NCBI GenBank assembly: GCA_905331295.1
Contig: CAJNYD010000039.1
Location: 248,001-312,000, forward strand
Length of the DNA stretch: 64,000 bases
Source of the DNA: Rotaria socialis
Lineage: Eukaryota
Reading direction: 5' to 3'
Shown: piece after piece, positions 1-12,909 of the stretch
Layout of the letters: each line of letters opens with the position of its first letter
How positions within the stretch are numbered: the stretch's first letter is position 1
Program-made: the position numbers and the translations under genes
The notes under the pieces: model-generated
What the model was told of the DNA's origin: nothing
Database searches by the model: none
The model's input: the letters and a program-made list of their open reading frames with translations, nothing else

Positions 1-131
1 AAATTCAGAATCTCATCCAACTTATATTCAGTTCGGTAATTTCGATCAAGATACTCAAATAGATGTTGTCGTTGTTGATCCAACTAACGATGAAGTCTAT
101 ATATTTCTACGATATGCTAATAAAACATTTG
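1..131 (+). repeat. Near-identical copy of 696-826 (coding fragment of a paralog or allele of the FG-GAP gene), ending at an assembly N (132)
   Basis: Aligns ungapped to 696-826 with 8 mismatches in 131 bp. Translates NSESHPTYIQFGNFDQDTQIDVVVVDPTNDEVYIFLRYANKTF versus NSEFRPTY...DPINDEIYIFLRYANKTF. Confidence 0.9.
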
Positions 132-132
132 N

Positions 133-3100
133 AATGATACTTACTTAGATGTTGCTGTGGCTAATTATGGTACAAATAATATTGGAATCTTTTTGGGCAA
201 TAAAACAGGAGGATATGCTCAGCAGAAAAATTATGCGCTGAATGCTTCTCGTCCTGTTTTTATTGTTGCCGGTGATTTCAATCATGATAACCTAGTGGAT
301 ATCATCATTGCTAGTAATGGTACTTATTGTATTGATATCTTTCTTGGAAATGGTGATGGAACTTTACGATATTATCGAGCCTATTCTACTGGCTATGATT
401 CTTCTCCCGTTGCCATGGCGGTTGGTGATTTCAATCAAGATAATAGTTTAGATATTGCAGTGGCTAATTCTGGTACTGACAACGTTGGCATTTTTCTCGG
501 CATTGGTGATGGTACATTTACAAAACAATATACTTATTCAACTAGTTTGAATTCGAATCCATCTTCTATTATTACTGGAGACTTAGATAACGATAATCAT
601 CTCGATCTTCTAGTGACGAATTCTGGTACTGGTAGTATCGGTATATTCTTGGGCAATGGCAATGGTACATTTTCACAGCAGACTACGTTCTCTATAAATT
701 CAGAATTTCGTCCAACTTATATTCAGTTTGGTAATTTCGATCAAGATACTCAAATAGATGTTGTTGTTGTTGATCCAATTAATGATGAAATATATATATT
801 TCTACGATATGCTAATAAAACATTTGCTACAACAACTATTTTTGATGGAACTTTTCAATCTTTTCCATGTTTCGTCGCTGTGGCAGATTTCAACGAAGAT
901 AATCAGTCAGATATTGTTATTGTGAATTATGAGACTGATGAAATACTTCTACTAAGTAATTATTTCATATTACCATCAGTAAGACAAACCAATTATTTGG
1001 TTGAACAGGGATCTGCACCGTCATCAGTCATTGTATATGACTTTAACAATGACTCTCAACCAGATTTAGTCACTAATAACGCTGCTGGTGACAGTTTACT
1101 TATTTTATTTGGTAATGACAATGGAACTTATGATGTAAAACTATCATATTCGACTGGTATTGGATCTTTTCCGGAACGTTTATGTATTGGTGACTTGAAT
1201 AACGATAAACGAATGGATATTGTCATTGCTAACTATGGTTCTGATAGCATTGGTATTCTTATTGGAGAAAACAATGGAACTTTTTCCAATGTAATAACTG
1301 TTGCGATGGCTCCTGGATCTAAGCCAGTGCCAGTGTCAGTAGGGGATTTCAACAATGATACACAACTAGATATTGTTGTCGGTAACACGGGATTAGGAGG
1401 CTTCACCATTTTACATGGACACGGCGATGGAAATTTTACGATCGGGATGACATATGCCGTTCAAACAGTCAAGCAGCCCTTATCGATTGTAGTTGAGGAT
1501 ATCAATAAAGATAAATATTTGGATCTCGTCATTGTAGGCTGTACCTTTGGCAATATAGGTGTTTTCTTTGGATATGGAAATGAAAACTTTTCTGAAGGAA
1601 CATTTTATCTTGTTGGCAGCTTGGCTTGCCCTACTTGTATTGTCCTTTCCGATTTAAATAATGATACTCATTTGGACTTTATAATAACTGTTTTCCACGG
1701 AGGTTACATAGGTGTCATGTTCGGATATGGAAATGGAACTTTTCAAAAGCTGATAACATATCCAATAGATTCAACTACGTCGCTTTATTCGATTGCTCTT
1801 GCTGATTTAAACAAGGATGATCAACTTGATGTTATTGTGGTTGATACTGCAAATGAAGTAGTAGTGATCCTCTATGCATACACCAACGGCAGTTTACAAC
1901 TTGAAAGAAGGCATTCTACTGGCTTTCGTTCGAATCCATATGCAGTGACAACTGTTCAGAGGAAGAACAAAACAGAAATAGATATTGTTGTTACTCTGTT
2001 GGGAACTGGATATGTTGCCGTTTTAACTGAGTATGATGCAGCAGAATTTCAAAATGAGACAAGATGTCTCACTGGTGAATCTTCACAATCATATTCCGTC
2101 ACTGTAGGTGATTTTAATGGTGATAGACACCTAGACATAGCTGTTGTGAACTCGGGAACTGATGACTTAATTATAGTTTTTAACTCGGGTAACGGTACAT
2201 TTGAAAGACAAATACAGTATTTTATCGGTTTTAATGCTTTCCCAGCATATGTTACCACTGAACACCTGAATAGAGATAATTATCTAGATATAGTAACTGT
2301 CAACTGGAAATATAACAGTATTAGTGTGCTGATGGGACAAAACAATGGAATATTTTCTATCCCAAAGATGTATTCAACTGGCCTAGGTTCATATCCTATG
2401 GTAGCAGCCATCGGAGACATAAATAATGACAACCGATCGGATATCATTATTGCTAATTCAGGTGTAGATAGTATCGGCATTCTTTTTGGATATGATTACG
2501 CAACATTTGAAAGTTATCAGAACTGTTCCGATAATAATACTCTACGACCAGAAGGCATCATCACCGCAGACTTCAATAATGATGGATATCTGGATATTGC
2601 TGTAACTCTTTTTCAATCAAACAGTATAAGTATTCTACTTGGATATGGTAATGGAAGTTTTGAGCTTATGAAGACTATCTCGACTGGACTGAACTCACAG
2701 CCTTACACGCTCACTGCTTATGATTTCAACAAAGATGGATCATTGGATATTGCCGTTGTTAATTCTGGTACCCAAGAGATACTTATCCTTCGTGGATATG
2801 GTAATGGAACTTTCTTAAACGCTACAAGATATCCAACAGAAAATGTTTCTAGTCTGACTTCGATCATCTCAGCTGATATAAATAATGATAATCACGTAGA
2901 TATGATCGTCTCGAACTACTACATGGATTCCATAGACATTCTATTTGGACGTGGTAATTTCACTTTTGATTCTATAGCTACTTATTCTATTGGAAGTCCA
3001 GCAGCGCCACAATCTGTTGCCGTTGCTGATTTTGATAACGACAGTCAACTGGATATTGTCGTAGCTAATCATGGTGCTAATACTGTCACTGTATTTTTAG

Positions 3101-4183
3101 GTTATGTAAAAGGTAATTTTACAAGTCAAATCTCTTATTCAACGGGTGTGCAGTCATGGCCATCTTGTATTATAGTTGGAGATTTTAATAGAGACAATCA
3201 ACTCGATATCGCTATAAGTAATTTTCGATATAAATAATGTTGGTATTTTACTTGGATACGGGAATGGTTCCTTTTCCAATGTCACGACCTATTCTACTGG
3301 TGATGGTTCTGCTCCGCACTTTATTGGTGCTGGTGATTTTAATAACGATAGCATTTTAGATATTGCTGTTGTCAATAATGGTAATAATGGTTTCGTTGTT
3401 CTTTTTGGATTTGGTGATGGAAGTTTTCTATGCGGAAACTTTTATGGAACTGGTCAAGCATCAGCTCCATGGGCATTAGCTATTGGCGATTTTAATGAAG
3501 ATAATCAGTTGGATATTGCAGTCACTAATAGTGCGTTAAATAGTATAAGTATATTTCTTCAAAATGGAAAGGACATCTATGCTGGTATGCAATCATATAG
3601 TACGGGTTCGAAATCACAACCTTATGCAGTCGCTGTTGCTGATCTAAATAGTGATGGCCTATTAGATATTGTTGTCGCTAATTATGGCACTGATAATATC
3701 GGTATTTTTCTTGGACGTCGTGGTCGAGTTTTTAGTACTTTAGCGACATATTCTACGGGTACCTCCTCTGGTCCGTCCGATATTGATATAGCAGATTTAA
3801 ACAATGATAATCAATTGGATATTGTCGTTAGTAATTATAGAATAGATAATATTGCAATTCTGTTTGGTTATGGTAATGGATCATTTTATCATAGAGGGAA
3901 TTATTCAACTGGTGATTATTCTCAGCCAAGCACAGTTGTTATATGTGATTTCAATAATGATAAAATATTGGATATCGCTGTTGCAAATTCGGGTACTAGT
4001 AATATATTTATACTTTATGGTTTTGGTCATGGAATTTTCGGAAACGAAAGCGTGTATAATCTCGGTTTTGGATCTCATCCTTACTCAATTGCAACTGGTG
4101 ATTTTGATGAAAATGGTTGGATGGACCTGACCGCTGCATGCACCGGTACGAATCATGTAGAAACTCTAATAAAAATGTGTTAG
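133..4183 (+). CDS. Giant intronless FG-GAP/VCBS-repeat beta-propeller protein (at least about 1349 aa). 5' end lost at the N gap; one +1 frameshift near 3222-3225
   Basis: More than 20 repeats of the type GDFNxDxxLDIAVANxGxxxIGIFLGxGNGTF. The frame is open from 133 (NDTYLDVAVANYG) to 3237. After the TTTT run the repeats continue in the next frame (NNVGILLGYGNGSF...) into ORF 3509-4183, ending ETLIKMC*. Confidence 0.9.
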
Positions 4184-4455
4184 TGTAAATATGATTATGA
4201 ACATTCTCGCTTTATCATGTTTATCAATTGTTAAAGCCCTTTTACAGTAACCATATTATTTGCTTTTTTGCTGAATATTATGAAAAATAATCTGAATAAT
4301 TAGGCGCAGCTATGTCTTTTCTGCTTTTTATATAGTATTAATCAGTATTTAACTTTTGTGAATGCATAACTATCTTCAAAAGTGAAAGCGTAATTTAGCA
4401 AATAATAGGAATATCGGTTGTTTTCTACCCCTTCTGATGGCATAAACGTCACTGC

Positions 4456-5160
4456 TGTTATCTTAGTGCCTGTTTGTTTCTTTTTCTCTTGTTTGTTTTT
4501 GCGCCTAATATTGTTAATTCATTATTCTTATTCTTCTCTTTTTTCTTCATGATTCTTCAAGCTTCTTCATATATCTCTCCTCGTTGAGATATACCTATAC
4601 TCATTCTTTCAATATCTTTCGCTCATCATTCGAGCGTATCTTCTCTGACTACTATTCTTCTTCTTGATTAATTATATATAACCTTTGTCTTTCAACTTGA
4701 TTGTTCATTATAATCAATCTAACTCGATTGGCTCTCACAATCGCTCGAACTTGTGTCAACTACTTGCTTGTGGAGTCCTTCTTATTCACAACTATTTCTG
4801 TTCATTGAATAAACAATTGGATCTTCATCCAATATTCAATACTATTTTATTTTCATTGTTATCATTCTGTCATAACCAATACTGTGGCATCTGGCATTTT
4901 TATTAGTTGCGTCTCTGATCCTCATCAAGGCGTTACACTCCTCCTTAAGTCACAGTTGAAGGTGTGGATGCCAACAGGCGAGGGGTAAGTTTGGCTGTGT
5001 ATTCTTGAAGTGTTTAAAGATGTCAAACTCGGAATCCTTTGTGGATAAATTCTGTGCAACTGACTTGTTATATTTGTGTTGAAGTGTGGAGGGCTGTGTA
5101 GCATTCCAGTCGCTGCTTCTAGTATGGCACAGCTACTGCAACTGACTGCTATCTATACTC
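4456..5160 (-). mobile_element. Truncated LTR retrotransposon 3' end: about 482-bp LTR (4456-4937), polypurine tract and a 3' internal fragment
   Basis: The minus strand reads cttAAGGAGGAG|TGTAACG, i.e. a PPT (4938-4946) directly followed by TG. The candidate far end is ...GATAACA (4456). A TATA-like TTATATATAA lies inside. No coding region or TSD was confirmed, and the 5160 boundary is approximate. Confidence 0.5.
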
Positions 5161-5195
5161 CAGTAAAAGAGCGATAAATCTATTTAAAAATTGAT

Positions 5196-6930
5196 TCATC
5201 CAAACTCTTCATTGATTGAGGCTATGGAATACGTTGAATAATTGAATTCAAATTTCAATGATGAGACAGTTAAAATATTATTAACATGAATAACAGAGTC
5301 ATATCTTTTTTTTGTAAATGCTCGATGCAATAAAATAGAAATATAAGAAAAAAATAGTAAAATAATTATCGTTTTTTTAGTAAACAGAAAGGAATAGAGT
5401 TCTTGATCGATGATAAAGGATTTATTTTGTTTAAGGTAAATAACGAAAAGTATCTTTGTCATTTGAATCTCATTTCGATTAATAAATCAATACATTCCTA
5501 CTAAAATAAATTCTATTTTTTTCATAATAAATCAAACAGTTTTACCTTGATTATATGAAGTTTGCCTTCAAAACGAAACGGTAATTTCTCAAAGATTTCT
5601 TGCATTAATGATGAATATTTAAAATGTGTTTTTTTTTGCTTTCATTATGCAAATGATAACAGCCTGAGCAAAGTTTAAATATAATTCTGTTTCTTTTGAA
5701 AATAATAGTTTATTCTTCCATAAACTAGCAAGAAACTTAAATAATAATTTAGATTCAATATCCTCACCGATCCAATTGTTTTATTTTTCATTGAATAATA
5801 GCAACACATATGATTTGATTTATTGGTGCCTTTTGAAATTATTTACTCTTTATCTGAATTTAATAAATAATCAAATCCTCTTTGTAACGTAAAATGTTGC
5901 TTAATAAAAAGTATTCGTAATTCGCCTTTTTAATATTGATGAAGTAACATCAATTTTCGACCATTATGACAAATAGAATTGAAGCCCTTAAATTTATCAA
6001 ATGTTTATTTTAACTTAAAAAAATCGTCATATAAGAAAAAGAAAACCGAACGAATTATTAGTATGTCAATTTAGTAAGATAACATTTCGTAGAGCTTTTT
6101 TCTTACCACTATTTTGAAGGTTTTTACTTTCGTAATAGAATTGATATTTTTCCGTTAAAATTTCACTGATACGAATATCTTGAATGGTTCGTTCGAAATT
6201 TTGATGTGTAGTCACAACCTCACATATCTCCTGTCAAAATCAAATAGATAATTTAAAATATTGAGATTAAACTCTTGAATAGTTTTATTCCTAAAAAATC
6301 AACGTATTATCATTTCTTAATGTACTATACATTTATTGCAGTTTCACGAATTTCAATAGTTAGTTTTTGATTTTTAGAATTTGACTAACTAGTTCAAATA
6401 GATGTCTTAAATCTACTGATTATGCCAACATGAAGTTCATTTATTATTAGGAAATGCCACAGCAAAATCTTTAGCATGACAATTTTATCCTTTATTATAA
6501 TTGGTTAAATAGCGATCTGGAAGAAATATTTCAAATGCTGTTTTAGATACCGACAAGATAGATGCAGAAAAATTTATTTCATGATCGAAATGTTCTGATA
6601 TATCTATACAATCAATCAAACAAATAAAACATGTTAATTTTGATAATCTAATTAAAGGATTCACTTTCACTGATCGAGTTTTATTCAGGCGATGGGATTT
6701 TTTTTGTTCAAGATAAATACAAGTTTTATTTAAAACAGATATCCATGTAAAATATTCGAAGAATACGAAATAATCACTAAGTATCAAATCGATTTGTTTA
6801 AGGAGTTTTCTAATTTTTTCATTTTTGATAGGTAAAATAGGAAAATTGATCGAAATACGGGAATCAATTATATAAAACATACGACGAATCCGACTCCAGT
6901 TTGTAGCTCACGCTTGTTTTTCATTTTTTT
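5196..6930 (-). pseudogene. Possible decayed multi-exon gene of unknown family
   Basis: Coding-like stretches (e.g. KLLKQIDLILSDYF, WIGEDIESKLLFKFLASLWKNKLLF) with some GT/AG sites, but in-frame stops and no consistent exon chain. Confidence 0.25.
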
Positions 6931-7230
6931 TATCCCTTGTCTTTATAACGCATAGAAACGCGTTTATGATGTATTCCTGTACTTCCCATTTTATATTACA
7001 CCATATTGACAATCATTGGCGTGTATAGGTAGCACCGTGTTTCAGTTGATTGTGTTCGACAGTCGTGCACAAAGTTGGAATTAAAGGGAGTATAAGAAAA
7101 AAATCTCGTATTCGCGAAACAAGTGTCTATTGATTTTCTTTTTCAACCAGAAAAAGAAAATAAGTGGTAAGTAAGTTATTTTAGACTAACTGCTATTAGC
7201 TACTTTTGCTTTCAGAAGATGAAATATATC

Positions 7231-7392
7231 CAAGGGGGAAAAGCTGATTCCATGATTCTGTGATTCTACTGATTCTATGTGATTCCAGTGATTCCATTGA
7301 CTCCATGTGATTCCAGGCGATTCTATTGATTTTGAGTGATTCTGTGTGATTCCGATGATTCTATCGCCATAGAATCAGTTTTTCCCCCCTTG
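7231..7392. mobile_element. 162-bp MITE-like element: about 24-bp TIRs enclosing a degenerate GATTC-core tandem array
   Basis: Left end CAAGGGGGAAAAGCTGATTCCATG; reverse complement of right end CAAGGGGGGAAAAACTGATTCTATG. The interior has about 13 units like GATTCyrn(n)T of 7-10 bp. At most a 2-bp (TC) flanking duplication. Confidence 0.7.
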
Positions 7393-7662
7393 TCAAGTAT
7401 ACGATAAATATTTTGACTTCAATACACCATTTATTAAAAGATACGAATTAGTGAAACATGCTAACGCAGTGCTTTCTTTTGCAATGCTCCACAAAATTGC
7501 ATCGAGGATTAATCTTAGTGAACTCATGAATACTGTATCTTTCATTACATCCATATACGTTTTACTCGAAATGTAATTACAATAGAAGATGGCGCATGGA
7601 AAGGTAACTGCTTTTCCTCTTCACACTTACACTTACATTCGGATATACGACACTAAATCACT

Positions 7663-9939
7663 TCAAACCAATCCTTGTATTATTGACACATGTTTTCCTC
7701 TATCCTGAAAGAAGAACCCGTAGTGTTCCTCATCTGTCGGCCAATTTATATTTGTCGCTGCGCTCAATGGATACGTTTTTGAGAGTCGTTGCCATTCCCT
7801 TGCTATTGTATCACTACCGACTGCACTATGTAAAAGTCTATATGTAGCCAAGTCACTCCAGAATCTTCGTGCACGCCATTTAGTGTAGGCTATTGCATGC
7901 GTACAAAAGTATAGACCACGGCGGAATTGGATCAGACGATCGCTTGAATACTGAATATTGGTATCATTATCCATGAAGACCGGTCCGCAAGTACCGAGAT
8001 ATAGAATTCCATCATGTTTTGCCATTTCGAGTCCTTCTTCGATAGTTTCTAGTCGGAAAAAAAATCATATAAATAGTATTCGTCATGTAGTCATTCACAA
8101 AAGGGAACAAAATCTAGTGGTATGAAACTCCCTTGGAAGCGAAACGGATATTACTCATTTCAACATGGAAATATACTCTGTTATCGTCTAAATATGTTTT
8201 AGGTGCAACTGAATGGAAAAATATTCCCTTTGGTGTGTTCGAGAAGTATCATACAATATGATTTAAGTATTAATGAGCACAAACAGAAAAAAAACAGAGC
8301 CTGATACAACATTGAGAAATTCCTCTTTAGAAGAATTCTCAATTAGATACTATCGACTAATCTTTTACTCAAAAAGCAGAATTTTCTCCACTGGAAGATT
8401 TCTTTTTAATTTTCACTGATAAATTAAACTCTGATATCTGCTCATATTTTTAATGAATTAGATATTTTTTCGAGTTTTTCTTTTTCCATTATCTGTTCAG
8501 GCAAAATTTATACGGCTAAGATTTTGAAGTTACAATAAGTAATTTGTTGAATGACAATACCGGATTCATCTTGTTTCAGATTGTAATCTTGAAAGGATGA
8601 TTCCGTCGTTTTTCAATAGATTTACATAATTGCAATGAAATGGGAACAGTAAAACTTAGAGTCTGCAAGAAGTAAGTGTAAAATTTATCATGTAGTAATT
8701 ATTCTCACTACAAATTGACCACAATGTCAGAGCGCAAATGATATTCTTGAGAGAATCTGCTTTCATTATGAAGGAAGCATTTGAGCTTCCAAACATTTGT
8801 TACGTGTGCTCGACGACCATTCGTTTTGATGTTAGAGAAAATGTAATCGAGCCTTTCTTTTCTTCATCATTCGTGATTGTCGTAATTTTTCTCTGAAAAA
8901 ATGACGCGTGATAAGTTATTGCAGACGACCCAACATGTTGTAGCCTTTCAAAGAAGTGCTCGAAAAGTTTGCAAACGACTATCAGATTTCGAACTCTTGT
9001 TTAGTTTCAGAGAGACTTTAAGAAAATGTAGATATCCTTACAGAATATTTCTTGTTCACTGCAGTTCTTGTACTAAGAATGTTGAATAAAAACTTTCCGA
9101 AACTCTTTTTCAGCACTTTGAACTTTACATTTTAATGATGATTGAAACACCTAGATAAATTTTAGAAAAATGGTTATTGAGTTAATTAGTCATTCAAACT
9201 AGTTCTTGAGATGCATGTAAAAGGAAGCAAAAACACTTTCTAATTGCTAGAATTAAAAAAGCTAGTCCATCAGTTTCAGTAGCTGATAAATTCATTATCA
9301 ATAACAAGTCGCCTTGCTCAGAGAACTAACTTTATTGCATTTACAAAATTTTAAATTTCAACAAATAAAGTGCTTACTTCCTAAAATAGGGTTTGGGTTT
9401 TTATACTTCCATGCTGTGTAAATTTTTCCATAAAAACCTTTCATGATTTCAGGAGGAACTATACTAACATCGTCTTCAAATACAAATGCCCAATCGTTCT
9501 GGCCCAACTCATGATCAGATCTCGATCCGATTTCATCCCATATATCAACGTGAGTCAGAAGTAGTGATGCAACGTTTATTTGACCATGCCCCATAATTCG
9601 TGAATCATTCTGCGAGACGCATTCTTTACGAATAATATTAAAAAAGCCAGGTAATGCGATGGCAAGTTCAGTATATGTGGAATTGAAACGCCGAGACGTA
9701 GAAGTGATAATATATGCTAAGTATGGTTGACCACGGTGGCTTTTTGAATGTAATGAGTTTTCATTGTTCACAGTCACCAATCGGCAGTCATCTAATTCTT
9801 TTCTCCACCTGTTAATCATGAACAATATTATTGCAGCAAAAAATATCCAGTAAATTCTAGTACATCGGCGGTGAAATTTTTCTTTGTTTCTATCTTCCTG
9901 CAACATTTCTATTATATAAGAAATCTTCTTTGCCAACAT
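7663..9939 (-). CDS. Glycosyltransferase family 25-like type II membrane protein (315 aa, 2 coding exons: 9939-9378, 8048-7663)
   Basis: N-terminal TM (IYWIFFAAIILFMI), SLLLTHVDIW, AFVFEDDV (EDD), ILYLGTC, CTHAIAYT and GFFFQDR motifs. The phase-1 intron 9377-8049 (GTAAGC...CTAG) joins the two ORFs in frame (…ILG-K-TIEEGLEMAK…). Confidence 0.7.
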
Positions 9940-11025
9940 TTTTCAATCGACAAATCTGAAATGAAAGTAAAAGATATAGGTTTTGAACCAATATTACAGC
10001 TCGATATCAGAATTTATTGTACCTCCGGCTTACATGTCTTCCACATTCAACTTGTATTTCTATACGAAAAATAATAGAAATGGATGAATATAGAGTGAAT
10101 AACAATGGAACGACAAATCCTTCATTTTCATCATCTGATACCCTAATCTATGTAACGACTTTTGAATTTTCAAGGTTCCCCGGATTCAACGTTTTGAGCC
10201 GTGTGAATACTTTGCGTCAATGAGGTTTATAAAAACATAAAAAGAAACTAATAAACGTCTTAGGGTTGCTTAACTTGTCAAATAGGTTATAATGAGCAGT
10301 GAACGAAAATCAGAAACCTTTCAAAATATATTCGTAGAACTTTTATTGTACAAAAAAACAGCTAGTTTATGTTGATTCATGCGTCAATTGCTACAGAAAA
10401 CATTTCTTTTTGTACTTTTTTGTTTACCTTTTCTTCATTTCTGAGTCAAGTAGAAGGTTATGAATGCTGCCACATTAACGATAAATAGTATGAATATCCA
10501 AGATACTATTTGAGCAGTGTTGTTTACGAAGAGAATATCTGAAGTGAAATTTGTTGCATGCATCTTTGATGGTGATGATTAATATTATTTAAGTTTATTG
10601 TTGAATGTGGAGAGCGAAAAACACTACAATTTGGTGACGGTATTTATTAGAGTTTCTTTCTGTTTGTTCTTTGCGTTCGTTGCAACTACTCATGAATGAA
10701 TTCTACAAAAAAAGTAAGACACATAAACAATTGACCAAACCAATAATCGAGGCACACCAACAGAGCAAGTTTGTAGCAGCACAACAATGGATGCCATGTG
10801 ACTTATATATCATTAGAATGTGATTCCTATGAACAGAAACGTGGATATGCATAAAGTTGAAGAAACGCAAATAAGAAAAACCAGGCAAACAAGGTAAGAG
10901 AATTTTAATGTAAAGAGAAACAAAACTTACGAAAAGAAAAAAGTACGATCGACAGCGTAAAAGCATGGTAAAAATGAGGAACGCAATGTAGATAAATGCA
11001 CAAGTATTTGAAGAATTAAATTTAA

Positions 11026-11673
11026 TCCTTAAAAGCCGAGTGTCACGTCCAAGGGACATTTGAATAAATGCAATAAAACCCGTAATAAGGTCTTGGAAGC
11101 AAAAGCCAATATTTTTCAGGTGACTCTCAGACGGAACAGTAGATCCTTTACGACGGATGATTCTGTTTGAATCGCTTCTTTTTTTAAAATTTTGTATGTT
11201 CATTAGTGCAACGTGCAGCCTTGTTTCTTGTATGTACCATCCTTGAACATAGAGTCAAGTTATCTGTTGAACTCGTTCTGTTATTTTTTAACTGATCGAG
11301 TGACGAATTGCACCATTATAGAGAAAATGCTCCATGGACGAGAGTTTCAGCCCCCTACAAAACGAAAACGAAGGAATTTTAATTTGAAACTTCACTTATA
11401 CATAGTTCTAGTCATATTCAGATTACTCTGAAATGTTCAGCAAAAACAGCTGTTTTCTTTTCGAGATACTAAAAGCTAAAGACATGTCGATTTTTACAAA
11501 TTTTTGCAAAATATGACCAAATTTCTAAGTAAGAGCACTGAGTAACGCCGGAAGAAGAGCAAGATAACTATCTTTAACGATAGTATGAGTGTACTGAGGG
11601 CTCATAAACTCAATTTTTTGTGATTGATTGATTCCTTCCTATTAAAAGAGAAAGCCGCTTTGGCTTTTAAGGG
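11026..11673. mobile_element. Non-autonomous piggyBac-like element (648 bp)
   Basis: TTAA|TCCTTAAAAGCC ... GGCTTTTAAGGG|TTAA: a 12-bp TIR with 1 mismatch, and TTAA on both flanks (11022-11025, 11674-11677). Confidence 0.75.
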
Positions 11674-12909
11674 TTAAGAGGTTGCCAAGTATATTCACCT
11701 AAATTAAGCCAAGCTCAAATAATACGAGTCGAGACATTCTGAGAAGTTGGCAGCGTTTCATAAAGGTTTGATAGTTGTTAGGTAAGTTACATAGCATAAA
11801 TATATTGAAACGTAGTCATTAGAACATTTGCAATTGAATGCACATGGATTAGCTATGATTGGAAGAGTAGATGCATGCATGTCAACAACATCAATGCAAC
11901 TCGATACATTCAGATGAAAGATGTTTATGACGTTTATTATGACAAGAATGTATGAAATAGCAGCAAAAGAATCGTTTGAGTCACGCGAAAACAAATGAAG
12001 AAAATTCTATCGGAAAAATTCATGTTAAACATCTCCGTGGAATCAAATTGAACAGGATAATTATTTTCAATTGATGTGGTTAATGTTAAATTCTGGAAAC
12101 TTCTCCAGAAGGTAATGTCGAAATTTTCACTTTGTTCAGTTAACCAAATAGAATCATCTTATATTTATATATATTCTTGTTCGCTTCATATGTTTCACTA
12201 AGATTTGGTAATGTCAATTGCAGCAAAATAGCAAGCAAAACCGTAATCTATAGGAATTGTTAATCAAAACCAGAACATAATGAATTTTGTCTTTTTTCAG
12301 TCTTCAAAAACCTTCGAAATATTCATCATACTCGAACACAAAAATCGATTCTTTTTCACATAGACTTCTGATGTTAGACCTGAACTTAACGAAAACTCTT
12401 TTCTTTTATTAGAGACACACAAAAACTAGTTTTATTCTGTTCATATCTATTTAAAATTTAATGAAACTGCTAGTAAATTGTAAATTAACAATCTTCCAGC
12501 TACTGTCTTTCTGAGAATTCAGAAGATAATTGTGTTTCTACTATGACCGCTGGTAGGACGGTATTTTATGTCATTTGCATATATTCAGTCCTACTATCAT
12601 TTCTTTTACATCTCCTTATCGATAGCAGATACAAATTTTAGTAGAGAGTATAGCATAGAAAAAGTGAATCTAGTAGAAGCATCTCATCACTGTACCCATC
12701 ACATCCGTCTCTCTATCTATATTAAGTTATATTAATTGAATTATAAAATCGAATTCTGAACTTTCACTGTTTAGATTTTTGGATATTCATAGTGAAATTA
12801 CACCTCAATGCGAAAACGCATAGGTTGCTGAATAAATATTCATGGTCCTACCAGATTTTATTGCTCTAATCAAATTCATCTTGCAAAATGTTCTCTCAGA
12901 TCTAGTGGG

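Noticed and set aside
4900..4935. TTGATGAG...GCAAC on the minus strand, resembling a hammerhead ribozyme core
   Set aside because: It lacks CTGATGA/GAAA and the flanking stems; better explained as the start of the LTR.
7245..7375. GATTC array as a CRISPR-like repeat
   Set aside because: Units are only 7-10 bp with no unique spacers, the context is eukaryotic, and there are no cas genes.
10703..11203. 166-aa minus-strand ORF, and a PHD-like scrap (QQWMPCD...WICIK) on the plus strand
   Set aside because: The ORF crosses the piggyBac-like boundary and has no domain. The PHD-like scrap has stops and too few cysteines to call.
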